From Tubulanus polymorphus (Eukaryota; Animalia; Nemertea): a stretch of DNA of 64,000 nucleotides. A model generated the notes under the pieces. That model did not search any database, was not told where the DNA came from, and was given only the letters and a program-made list of their open reading frames with translations. Below are positions 37,640 to 50,279 of this stretch, piece by piece. The position numbers and the translations under genes are program-made. Numbering within the stretch: position 1 is the stretch's first letter; each line of letters begins with the position of its first letter. The DNA is taken from the NCBI RefSeq assembly GCF_964204645.1, contig NC_134028.1, positions 25,788,345 to 25,852,344 on the forward strand, read 5' to 3'.

Positions 37640-38639
37640 ATAACTACACCATTTTCTGTTTTTAAAAAAATGCACTTGAACATAAATTTTTATATACACC
37701 AAACACTTTAATCTACTTTATATTTTGTAAATCATGTAATGAAAATTAGTTGAAAGTTTTTAGATAATTCCTAAATGTAACTGCGAATAACTATTTTGCA
37801 TTTTCTACTCTCGGTCAGTGATAACTAATTTCTTATTTCATCGTATGTTTTAACTATGATATTTACAGGACTGGCATTATCTAGATGTAAATGTTTGTAT
37901 GTAATCGAGTGTTTAGTGCAGCTGATGGTCGAAATACTGAAAACCTCCGAACTCTTTATGGATTTTGCGATACGTTCTGGAACTTTTAAAACGGGCGAGA
38001 GGTGAGATCAGACAGGACTGAAAATAAACCTCTCTCGCCCGCGCGAGTGCGATAAACAGTTATAACGGACACAATATATTTGTGGGAGCGCAGTTAGTTC
38101 GCGGTAACAGTTCGTATTGAGAACGAGTTGAGTCGGAGGAAGTCTTCAGCGGAGTCGAAATCAGCGGTGAAGTTCGGAATGAGAAACGCGTCGTGGGATT
38201 ACAGTCACTGCGCAACAATCGTGTTTTTGCGTATTTTCGTGTATTGAATGCCAGTCCCTCTAAATCTGATCAGTTCATGTCTGTTTTTGTGTTCAGTATT
38301 AATGTATCTAGACTCATAATTTTGTATTCCCATCACTGACCGAGACGTGTTTATTGTACTATTCGCGTTACAAAATTGCTTTGTTATCTAAAACTACATC
38401 ATTGATTTTGTAAACCTTTGGTCCAAGTTGCTCGTGAGGAATTCAAGTATGACTGTAAGGACACTAGAGTCGACCAGTACTCGGGAAACGAGCCTATATA
38501 TAATCAGTGCACACATAGCCCTAGGGCCAGGGCTGTGTCTGTACGTCACACGTTTCTCGATGAAATGATACCGACTCGCGAACCATGTTGAAATTTTAAA
38601 CGTGGAGACCTGATTCAGAATTACCGTACTTGAAATTAT

Positions 38640-39345
38640 TCTTATGAATAATTTTGAGAAGGGCCTGCGGTAATTTTGTTAACGGTTACCTGTCCCTCGC
38701 AGTCTGTCTTAATTCCTCTTAGCTTCTTGCTCCAGATAACCAATGTTAATTACGAGACTTCACTGTAACAATGATTATATCGTAACATCAAATGTGGCCT
38801 CCATCAATTCCTTACAATTTTTGATTCCGTAATCAGCTCTGGATTGATCGATGCCCGATTTCGCATGCTTTGCCACCAATTATTTCAATTTCTCGAGGCA
38901 TCCTTAATTTTTGGAAATTTTTCATACATTGCGACTAATTTGCTGTCTTATTCTTGGTCATTACGGATTCATTGCCACATTTTCCAATCTAAAGAATCAA
39001 TCAAATCATGTATTAAAAGATTGCAGTATATTAAATCATTATTATTCAAGTGCAACTGATCATTGTGTGCTTGTTAGTTTATCTAGTTTTTCGTCAATCT
39101 TCTTAAAAATATCCGAACGCAACAGATCGATCGGATTATGGAAATGTATTCAACGACGTCTTTGAATGACTTTGGAATTTTTGGAGCTCATTGCACCCAC
39201 AAGATATCCCCTGAGATGAAAACTAAATTTCATAAGCTCAGGGGCTGTCCTTCCGGAGAAGTGCCCTTCTTGCAAATATTATTGTTTTCATGTTCTATAG
39301 AACTGCTCTTTCCAAGTTCAAATGCTAGATTCCGCCCTGATTAAC
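38640..39345 (-). pseudogene. Possible heavily decayed transposase relic (hAT-like C-terminus), repeated at about 44975-45690 and 51280-51850
   Basis: Broken minus-strand frames give IHFHNPIDLLRSDIFKKIDEKLDKLT and KLRGIKT.LRGT, loosely like the hAT dimerisation motif LRRLKTYLRSTM. Many stops and frameshifts; weak resemblance only. Confidence 0.25.
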
Positions 39346-39930
39346 GATGGATTAATGAAACTATAATGAATGTATTATCCCACAAATGATGAAAAACGAA
39401 TAAGATTATTAGAATACTAGAACTATTTCGAATGGTTCCTACCACCCCTCTTCAGTCTAAAATGATAGAGGTCAAATTACGCAGCAAATTAAAGTTAAGC
39501 CTAAGACTCGAATCCATTGCACATAGTTAGGTCTGGGACGAGAGTATTGAAGCAAGTTTAATATGAAGACTGAACCTTTGTTGAGGTTGACAGAGCGATC
39601 GGAATGAGTACAACTAAAAGCTAAAAGTCTTTTTGAGAGATTGTTTTTGGGAAAAATACATAGTTATAGCTCCAGGGAAATCGAAATTGTGTCCAGTTTC
39701 CAAAGAATAAAAGACTACTCCCACCTTCTAGTTTGACTCCATTAATGAACCTATAATACTTTTTACGAACAAGTTCTATAAGTTGATAACTCTCGACACC
39801 AATTCTATTCAATCAAAACCGGTCCCTATTGAATACATAAAAAACTGGTTTACAGAGGTATCTTATCTTACTAACATTGCGCTATAGGGTGGGACTAAAA
39901 TACGTCCTCTACACAACTTATACAAAGACA

Positions 39931-42827
39931 ATGGTAAGTAAGTAGCATGGCTTATCTGTGTATGTTATTGGAGAGAGCTTCGATTTAGAAACGATCCTCT
40001 ATTTTCATTTTAGTCGAAAGATAATCCAGCGTTTGTACCGGATATATCGACGGATTCGTCTGATATAAAATTGTCCGTAACTCCGACACCTGAGACTAAA
40101 CCGCAGAAAACAGATAATAGTTGTTGTTCACCACGATGTCGAACTGTCTTCCTCGTATTTTTGAGTTTCATCGCTGTTTCCTACGCCATTGCGATCACGA
40201 TAGTTCTTATTCACGAAGGTACGAAATATCAACCATTCATAAAGTGAATTGCTTCGCGATGTCATCGACGATAGCGTGTTTGATAAACGGATCGCATTCT
40301 GATCGGAAACTTCTTTTTCAGTTTATTTCTCTGATGAAGGAGAACACGGAATACAACAGGTAACATTATTCTTAATTCTGAAACTACCTTGCACAAATTC
40401 ACTTCACTCTACTCTCTATCATCGTTCAATCTACAGAAACAGTTCACCGCTAATGAAGTTCTTGCCAATACGGCACGGGGATACATCGATGTAAGGAAGG
40501 GAGCTCATATGTTCTGGTGGCTTTGGTATGCTATTCCGAAACATACTTACAAAGAAAAACCACTAATCTTATGGATACAGGTGAAAGATTTTACTTCTAT
40601 TTTCTTCGATTCTATACTTCTGTATAATTTTAACATATTCAGGTCTATCTATATGTTGTAGGGTGGTCCAGGGCAGTCCGGTGTCGGTATTGGTGGATTT
40701 ATGGAAATCGGTCCGTATGATACAGATCTCAAATATAGAAAAGGAAACTGGGTATGGATAAACTGGTAACTTTTTTGGTTCGGGAGTTTTGTCCATATAA
40801 AACAGACGCCAAACATCATTACCAAGCTCTTTAGGCTAAAAAATTGATACCTTGTATCTCATTTCTGCTGAGCTTAAAAGTTGACCCGGCCGGCCGCCTA
40901 TCTACCTTGTACATACATGTCTTTAAAAAGATTATTATCAGGCTATAACATAAAAGACCCGGCAGCTATAGAAATGAACTGAGATTACAAATTTATTGCA
41001 ATTTACAAAAGTGACCGGGCCGATTAGGAGAAATGAGGGGTTTATTGAAATTAATCTGTTATAAATCTGTTCACTAATTTGCAGGCGGCTCATGCTAATC
41101 TGTTGATAGTTGATAGTCCGGTGGGAGTTGGTTACAGTTACGTAGACAACGAGTCTCTGAATACTAAAAATACTGAAGAAATTATAGCAGATTTAATGTC
41201 TTTCCTAAAACAATTTTTTAACAAACATCCAGAATTTAAGGTATATATTACAAACATATTTTTTCGATTTGAATTTCATCTAAGATACATGTAAGTAGCT
41301 TGCCACGAATCTTATGAATTTTTGTATACTTTGCAGACGATACCGTTTCATATATTCGGCGAGTCGTATGGCGGGCGAATAGCGCCTTTACTCGCTAAAC
41401 AATTACACAACGTACGTTCATCGGATATAGGTGTAACGTATTTTTCCAAACCATCCCGTCAAAATCACCTACAACATTACGTTCTGAAAAAGCGATGAAG
41501 AAGAAGTGTAGACTATCTATGTTTATGGAATTTTCGTTGCAGGAAATAACTGGTGGCAATATGGAATGTTTACTGAAAGGCATAGTTTTAGGCGGACCCG
41601 CGGTTGATGTAATGACTGGACCGGTTGCAACGTGGGCCCAATACTTATATACAATGGTGAAAAATAAACGGAATCAATCTCTGTTAACAACCATCAATAC
41701 ATATTTGAAAACTTATTTTAGAACTCACCTTTTTTTTAAAGTCGATCATAGAAGAATCGAAAAAAGACGAATACGAACGAGAATATCAGAAATTAATGGT
41801 AACATACCAGACAAAGAATTATACTGCGATAAGCGAGGAATTCCAAAAGCTTTCTCAGATACCGTACGGTACTGGCATAGACATGTATAACGTGCTCACT
41901 TGGAACACTTTCGAAGGTGAGTAAATACGAATAAATCGATAAATACGAGAAAACAGCGTAAACCGTGGATAAATTTCGTAATTTCGCCATGGTATCTTTG
42001 CTTCTCCGAACTTTCGTATTTCTATTGTAGAGCTAACTGGTCCCGTCACCAAACTAATGAACGGAGAGATGAAGAAAGCTGTTGAAATTGTTCCCAAAAA
42101 CCTAGTTTGGACTTGTAATCAACTCACCCTCACCACAAATGAAGTATCCAATTTTCATTGTAATGTTTATCAATTATATTTTCTCTAATTTTCCCGCAGA
42201 TATGAATACAACCGTTATGGCGAACGAGTTTGATAATGTTTTTGTACCCGTTGTTGACACAGGTAGTTTTTCAGTCGTTATTGATTTCAATTCAGACATC
42301 TACCTCTTGACACAGAGCCTGCAATTGTTATCTTTTCTTGCAGTCGATTTCCTACTGACAAATACCAGTTATCGAGTAACTATTTACAATGGACAATTGG
42401 ATGTTGTCGTTAATACGATAGGTAACGTTCGCTTCGTTCACACAGTTCGAAGATGAAAATATTTTATGATTGAAAAAAGGTATTGTATTAACTGGAATAC
42501 GAGTTTTTTTGAATAGGGACAGAAAAATGGTTAAAGAAACTGACATGGTCCGGCATGGAGACCTATTATAACCAAACTCGTACAACTCTAAGACTTAAAC
42601 CGAAATCAAAACCAATAGGATTCAAGAAAACCTACGATAAATTTACATTCTACTGGATACTTAAATCTGGTCATCAGGTAAAATTGAATTCTTTTGATAA
42701 TGAGACGATTATCATTGGATCTGAGGTCGTAGGTTTCTGATAAAAACATTTCTTATTCATTTAGGTTCCACACGATGCTCCTCTGGCAGGCGAATACATG
42801 CTCATAGATATACTGAAAAATACCTAA
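39931..42827 (+). CDS. Serine carboxypeptidase S10, SCPEP1/RISC-like, copy 2
   Basis: Same exon structure as copy 1; TM anchor, GESYGG, GQLD and SGHQ intact; no stops seen in exons. Confidence 0.9.
40833..41040. mobile_element. Family A MITE in a carboxypeptidase intron (copy 2)
   Basis: AGGCTAAAAAATTGATACCTTGTATCTCATTTCTGCTG... matches the reverse complement of 8483-8705. Confidence 0.75.
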
Positions 42828-43591
42828 AGGAAATACATAAAAACCAAACCCGGCGCAGTAGTTCTAGTACTGTTATAACTGTATATCTATTTTGATATTT
42901 TACTTTTATGTTAAATAATTTATTTGCTGTTATTCATTGCTTGAATATTTTTACCAATGCCATAATAAAGATATAGATGTTTTAAATAAATGATTTTCAT
43001 CTTATTCAGTCAGTTCGAACTAGTCGTTCCATTAATAATTCAGGAATGGGGCGATTAATCTTTTGATATCTGAAATCATTGCACTCATCTCACCCTTTTG
43101 TGATCAACGTAATAATATTGATTTAAATTAACTAAATGAACTAGATTAAGTGGTCATTTTCAGGATTCGAACCAAACCATTTTTTACAGTAGATGGATAC
43201 GGTATCTAAGGTGATGTTATGGTTGCAGTACCTGGTTACGGTTCATTGGTAAACACTTAATGACCACGTGCGGTTGAAAAAAATCGGACAGAGGAAAAAA
43301 GTGAAAATTGCGAGTCATAAACTAAAAAATTCTTAAATAAAGTCAAGGTAAGTTAAAATGAGGTTATTAATAAGTTACATGGATTATAAACGTGTTTATA
43401 AAATGAAAATTTAATCCGAACCGAAAATTTTAGAAATTCGTTAATCGAGTGAAATAGAGTTTGGTCATAGTTTCTACATTAAAGATGCGTTAGACAACAA
43501 TTTGTCTCGGTTATATATACAGTGATTCATAGTTAGATACGATTTCCATTCATTTTCCGAAAAAAATGAATCGAAATGGAACATTTTTTCA

Positions 43592-43973
43592 ATGCTACGA
43601 ATGTTGAATCGGTTCGAAGAAAGGCCGCCATTTTGTGCCTGGTGGTTGCTAAAGACGGTGATACATCACAGCTTTTTCCTAGCAACAAGCATAGCAACAA
43701 CAGATATCCACCAATCACCGGTTGCTATCTTGGTTTTTCAGATGATCTTCTTACTGCCAATTGCATTAGCCTTTGACTGCTACAATAACTACCAAAAGAG
43801 AAAAGCTGAAGCTCAGAAAGGTTCGTAAGTCAACGATGGACAATTCTATTCATTTCGTGCCATCAATGAACAATCATAACGTTTTTTTCAAATTCATTTC
43901 TATTTCAGAAGCAGAAGCCGCCGCGCGTAAGAAAAAGAATTTTGGCGGCATGAAGAAGGGCTTCCTGTTATAA
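43592..43973 (+). CDS. Putative ~69-aa single-pass membrane microprotein, copy 2
   Basis: Same exons as copy 1 (AEAQK instead of AEGQK). Indels fall upstream of the ATG or inside the predicted first intron. Confidence 0.6.
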
Positions 43974-46276
43974 ATAACTACACCATTTTCTCTTTTAAAA
44001 AAAAAATGCACTTGAACATAAATTTTTATATACACCAAACACTTTAATCTACTTTATATTTTGTAAATCATGTAATGAAAATTAGTTGAAAGTTTTTAGA
44101 TAATTCCTAAATGTAACTGCGAATAACTATTTTGCATTTTCTACTCTCGGTCAGTGATAACTAATTTCTTATTTCATCGTATGTTTTAACTATGATATTT
44201 ACAGGACTGGCATTATTTAGATGTAAATGTTTGTATGTAATCGAGTGTTTAGTGCAGCTGATGGTCGAAATACTGAAAAGCTCCGAACTCTTTATGGATT
44301 TTGCGATACGTTCTGGAACTTTTAAAACGGGCGAGAGGTGAGATCAGACAGGACTGAAAATAAACCTCTCTCGCCCGCGCGAGTGCGATAAACAGTTATA
44401 ATGGACACAATATATTTGTGGGAGCGCAGTTAGTTCGCGGTAACAGTTCGTATTGAGAACGAGTTGAGTCGGAGGAAGTCTTCAGCGGAGTCGAAATCAG
44501 CGGTGAAGTTCGGAATGAGAAACGCGTCGTGGGATTACAGTCACTGCGCAACAATCGTGTTTTTGCGTATTTTCGTGTATTGAATGCCAGTCCCTCTAAA
44601 TCTGATCAGCTCATGTCTGTTTTTGTATTCAGTATTAATGTATCTAGACTCATAATTTTGTATTCCCATCACTGACCGAGACGTGTTTATTGTACTATTC
44701 GCGTTACAAAATTGCTTTGTTATCTAAAACTACATCATTGATTTTGTAAACCTTTGGTCCAAGTTGCTCGTGAGGAATTCAAGTATGACTGAAAGGACAC
44801 TAGAGTCGACCAGTACTCGGGAAACGTGCCTATATATAATCAGTGCACACATAGCCCTAGGGCCAGGGCTGTGTCTGTACGTCACACGTTTCTCGATAAA
44901 ATGATACCGACTCGCGAACCATGCCAAACTTTTAAAAATGGAGACCTGATTCAGAATTACCGTACTTGAAATTATTCTTATGAATAATTTTGAGAAGGGC
45001 CTGCGGTAATTTTGTTAACGGTTACCTGTCCCTCGCAGTCTGTCTTAATTCCTCTTAGCTTCTTGCTCCAGATACCCAATGTTAATTACGAGACTTCACT
45101 GTAACAATGATTATATCGTAACATCAAATGTGGCCACCATCAATTCCTTACAATTTTTGAATCCGTAATCAGCTCTGGATTGATCGATGCCCGATTTCGC
45201 ATGCTTTTCCACCAATTATTTCAATTTCTCGAGGCATCCTTAATTTTTGGAAATTTTTCATACATTGCGACTAATTTGCTGTCTTATTCTTGGTCATTAC
45301 GGATTCATTGCCACATTTTCCAATCAAAGGAATCAATCAAATCATGTATTTAAAGATTGCAGTATATTAAATCATTATTATTCAAGTGCAACTGATCATT
45401 GTGTGCTTGTTAGTTTATCTAGTTTTTCGTCAATCTTCTTAAAAATATCCGAACGCAACAGATCGATCGGATTATGGAAATGTATTCAACGACGTCTTTG
45501 AATGACTTTGGAATTTTTGGAGCTCATTGCACCCACAAGATATCCCCAGAGATGAAAACTAAATTTCATAAGCTCAGGGGCTGTCCTTCCGGAAATTTTG
45601 GAAAAGCGCCCTTCTTGCAAATATTATTGTTTTCATGTTCTATAGAACTGCTCTTTTCAAGTTCAAATGCTAGATGCGGCCCTGATTAACGATGGATTAA
45701 TGAAACTATAATGAATGTATTATCCCACAAATGATGAAAAACGAATAAGATTATTAGAATACTAGAACTATTTCGAATGGTTCCTACCACCCTTCATCAG
45801 TCTAAAATGATAGAGGTCAAATTACGCAGCAAATAAAAGTTAAGCCTAAGACTCGAATCCATTGCACATAGTTAGGTTGGGGACGAGAGTATTGAAGCAA
45901 GTTTAATATGAAGACTGAACCCTTTGTTGAGGTTGACAGAGCGATCGGAATGAGTACAAATAAAAGCTAAAAGTCTTTTTGAGAGATTGTTATTAGGAAA
46001 AATATATAGTTATAGCTCCAGGGAAATCGAAATTGTGTCCAGTTTCCAAAGAATAAAAGACTACTCCCACCTTCTAGTTTGACTCCATTAATGAACCTAT
46101 AATACTTTTTACGAACAAGTTCTATAAGTTGATAACTCTCGACACCAATTCTATTCAATCAAAACCGGTCCCTATTGAATACATAAAAAACTGGTTAACA
46201 GAGGTATCTTATCTTACTAACATTGCGCTATAGGGTGGGACTAAAATACGTCCTCTACACAACTTATACAAACACA

Positions 46277-49166
46277 ATGGTAAGTGAGTAGCATGGATTA
46301 TCTGTGTATGTTATTGGAGAGAGCTTCGATTTAGAAACGATCCTCTATTTTCATTTTAGTCGAAAGATAATCCAGCGTTTGTAGCGGATATATCGACGGA
46401 TTCGTCTGATATAAAATTGTCCGTAACTCCGACACCTGAGACTAAACCGCAGAAAACAGATAATAGTAGTTGTTCACCACGATGTCGAACTGTCTTCCTC
46501 GTATTTTTGAGTTTCATCGCTGTTTCCTACGCCATTGCGATCACGATAGTTCTTATTCACGAAGGTATGAAATATCAACCATTCATAAAGTGAATTGCTT
46601 CGCGAAGTCATCGACGATAGCGTGTTTGATAAACGGATCGCATTCTGATCGGAAACTTCTTTTTCAGTTTATTTCTCTGATGAAGGAGAACACGGAATAC
46701 AACAGGTAACATTATTCTTAATTCTGAAACTACCTTGCACAAATCCACTTCACTCTACTCTTTATCATCGTTCAATCTACAGAAACAGTTCACCGCTTAT
46801 GAAGTTCTTGCCAATACGGCACGGGGATACATCGATGTGAGGAAGGGAGCTCATATGTTCTGGTGGCTTTGGTATGCTATTCCGAAACATACTTACAAAG
46901 AAAAACCACTAATCTTATGGATACAGGTGAAAGATTTTACTTCTATTTTCTTCGATTCTATACTTAAGTATAATTTTAACATATTCAGGTCTATCTATAT
47001 GTTGTAGGGTGGTCCAGGGCAGTCCGGTGTCGGTATTGGTGGATTTATGGAAATCGGTCCGTATGATACAGATCTCAAATATAGAAAAGGAAACTGGGTA
47101 TGGATAAACTGGTAACTTTTTTGGTTCGGGAGTTTTGTCCATATAAAACAGACGCCAAACATCATTACCAAGCTCTTTAGGCTAAAAAATTGATACCTTG
47201 TATCTCATTTCTGCTGAGCTTAAAAGTTGACCCGGCCGGCCACCTATCTACCTTGTACATACATGTCTTTAAAAAGATTATTATCAGGCTAAAACATAAA
47301 AGACCCGGCGGCTATAGAAATGAACTGAGATTACAAATTTATTGCAATTTACAAAAGTGACCGGGACGATTAGGAGAAATGAGGGGTTTATTGGAATTAA
47401 TCTGTTATAAATCTGTTCACTAATTTGCAGGCGGTTCATGCTAATCTGTTGATAGTTGATAGTCCGGTAGGAGTTGGTTACAGTTACGTAGACAACGAGT
47501 CTCTGAATACTAAAAATACGGATGAAATTATAGCAGATTTAATGTCTTTCCTAAAACAATTTTTCAACAAACATCCAGAATTTAAGGTATATATTACAAA
47601 CATATTTTTTCGATTTGAATTTCATCTAAGATACATGTAAGTAGCTTGCCACGAATCTTATGAATTTTTGTATACTTTGCAGACGATACCGTTTCATATA
47701 TTCGGCGAGTCGTATGGCGGGCGAATAGCGCCTTTACTTGCTAAACAATTACACAACGTACGTTCATCGGATATAGGTGTAACGTATTTTTCCAAACCAT
47801 CTCGTCAAAATCACCTACAACATTACGTTCTGAAAAAGCGATGAAGAAGAAGTGTAGATTATCTATGTATATGGAATTTTCGTTGCAGGAAATAACTGGT
47901 GGCAATATGGAATGTTTATTGAAAGGCATAGTTTTAGGTGGACCCGCGGTTGATGTAATGACTGGACCGGTTGCAACGTGGGCCCAATACTTATATACAA
48001 TGGTGAAAATTAAACCGAATCGAAGCCATCAATGCGCTTTTGAAAACTAATCTAAGAACTTTCCTTTTTCAAAGTCAATCATAGAAGAATCGAAAAAAGA
48101 CGAATACGAACGAGAATATCAGAAATTAATGGTAACATACCAGACAAAGAATTATACTGCGATAAGCGAGGAATTCCAAAAGCTTTCTCAGATACCGTAC
48201 GGTACTGGCATAGACATGTATAACGTGCTCACTTGGAACACTTTCGAAGGTGAGTAAATACGAATAAATCGATAAATACGAGAAAACAGCGTAAACCGTG
48301 GATAAATTTCGTAATTTCGCCATGGTATCTTTGCTTCTCCGAACTTTCGTATTTCTATTGTAGAGCTAACTGGTCCCGTCACCAAACTAATGAACGGAGA
48401 GATGAAGAAAGCTGTTGAAATTGTTCCCAAAAACCTAGTTTGGACTTGTAATCAACTCACCCTCACCACAAATGAAGTATCCAATTTTCATTGTAATGTT
48501 TATCAATTATATTTTCTCTAATTTTCTCGCAGATATGAATACAACCGTTATGGCGAACGAGTTTGATAATGTTTTTGTACCCGTTGTTGACACAGGTAGT
48601 TTTTCAGTCGTTATTGATTGCAATTCAGACATCTACCTCTTGACACAAAACCTGCAGCACCAGTTGCTTATTTTTCTTGCAGTCGATTTCCTACTGACAA
48701 ATACCAGTTATCGAGTAACTATTTACAATGGACAATTGGATGTTGTCGTTAATACGATAGGTAACGTTCGCTTCGTTCGCACAGTTCGAAGATGGAAATA
48801 TTTTATGATTGAAAAAAGGTATTGTATTAACTGGAATATGAGGTTTTTTGAATAGGGACAGAAAAATGGTTAAAGAAACTGACATGGTCCGGCATGGAGA
48901 CCTATTATAACCAAACTCGTACAACTCTAAGAATTAAACCGAAATCAAAACCAATAGGATTCAAGAAAACCTACGATAAATTTACATTCTACTGGATACT
49001 TAAATCTGGTCATCAGGTAAAATTGAATTCTTTTGATAATGAGACGATTATCATTGGATCTGAGGTCGTAAGTTTCTGATAAAAACATTTCTTATTCATT
49101 TAGGTTCCACACGATGCTCCTCTGGCAGGCGAATACATGCTCATAGATATACTGAAAAATACCTAA
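46277..49166 (+). CDS. Serine carboxypeptidase S10, SCPEP1/RISC-like, copy 3
   Basis: Same exon structure and intact catalytic motifs; the N-terminal tail reads DNPAFVAD and DNSSCSPRCR. Confidence 0.9.
47179..47386. mobile_element. Family A MITE in a carboxypeptidase intron (copy 3)
   Basis: Nearly identical to 40833-41040. Confidence 0.75.
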
Positions 49167-49901
49167 CGGAAAGACATTAAAACCAAACCCGGCGCAGTAG
49201 TTCTAGTACTGTTATAACTGTATATCTATTTTGATATTTTACATCTCTATGTTAAACATTTTGTTAACTGTTAATAATAGCTTGAATATTTTTACCGAGG
49301 CCAAAATAAAGACATACATGTTTTAAAGAAATGATTTTTATCATTCAGTCGGTTCGAACTTCCCGTAGTAATCCGGGAATAGGAGCGATTAAGTTTTTGA
49401 TCTCCGAAATCCTGTACCTCAAGATTTTATGATCGACGAAGAATCTTTCATAATTAGGATAAACTTAATGATAATTTTCAGGATTCGAACCAAATCAGGT
49501 TTTACAATATATGGATACGGTATCTAAGGTGTTGCTACGGTTGGGGTATATGGTTACGGTTCATTAGTCAACAAAGATTGAGCCCACGTGCGGTTGAAAA
49601 AATCAGACGGAGGAAAAAAAGTGAAAATCCGTGTCATAAACTAAAAAATTCTTGAATTAAGTCAAGGTAAGTTGAAAATGAAGTTATCTATAAGTTGTAT
49701 AGATTGTAAAAGTCTTCATTTATTCCGAACCGTAAATTTTAGAAATTCGTTAATTTAGTGGAATATAGTTTGGTCGTATTTTCTATATTAAAGATGCGTC
49801 AGACAACAATTTGTCTCAGTTATATATACAGTGATTCATAGTTAGATACGACTTCATTTATTTTCCGAAGATAATGAATCGAAATGGAACATTTTTTTTC
49901 A

Positions 49902-50279
49902 ATGCTACGAATGTTGAATCGGTTCGAAGAAAGGCCGCCATTTTGTGCCTGGTGGTTGCTAAAGACGGTACATCACAACCTTTTCCTAGTAACAAGCATA
50001 GCAACAACAGATATCCACCAATCACCGGTTGCTATCTTGGTTTTTCAGATGATCTTCTTACTGCCAATTGCATTAGCCTTTGACTGCTACAATAACTACC
50101 AAAAGAGAAAAGCTGAAGCTCAGAAAGGTTCGTAAGTCAACGATGGACAATCCTATTCATTTCGTGCCATCAATGAACAATCATAACGTTTTTTTCTATT
50201 CATTTCTATTTCAGAAGCAGAAGCCGCCGCGCGTAAGAAAAAGAATTTTGGCGGCATGAAGAAGGGCTTCCTGTTATAA
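49902..50279 (+). CDS. Putative ~69-aa single-pass membrane microprotein, copy 3
   Basis: Same exons and splice sites as copies 1 and 2; ends GGMKKGFLL*. Confidence 0.6.

Noticed and set aside
38844-39812. Short ORFs conserved across repeat units (MEIFHTLRL..., MEMYSTTSL..., MNRIGVESY...)
   Set aside because: Their conservation reflects recent duplication. Several have non-ATG starts, none has a recognisable domain or splice structure, and they break down or are absent in copy 3.
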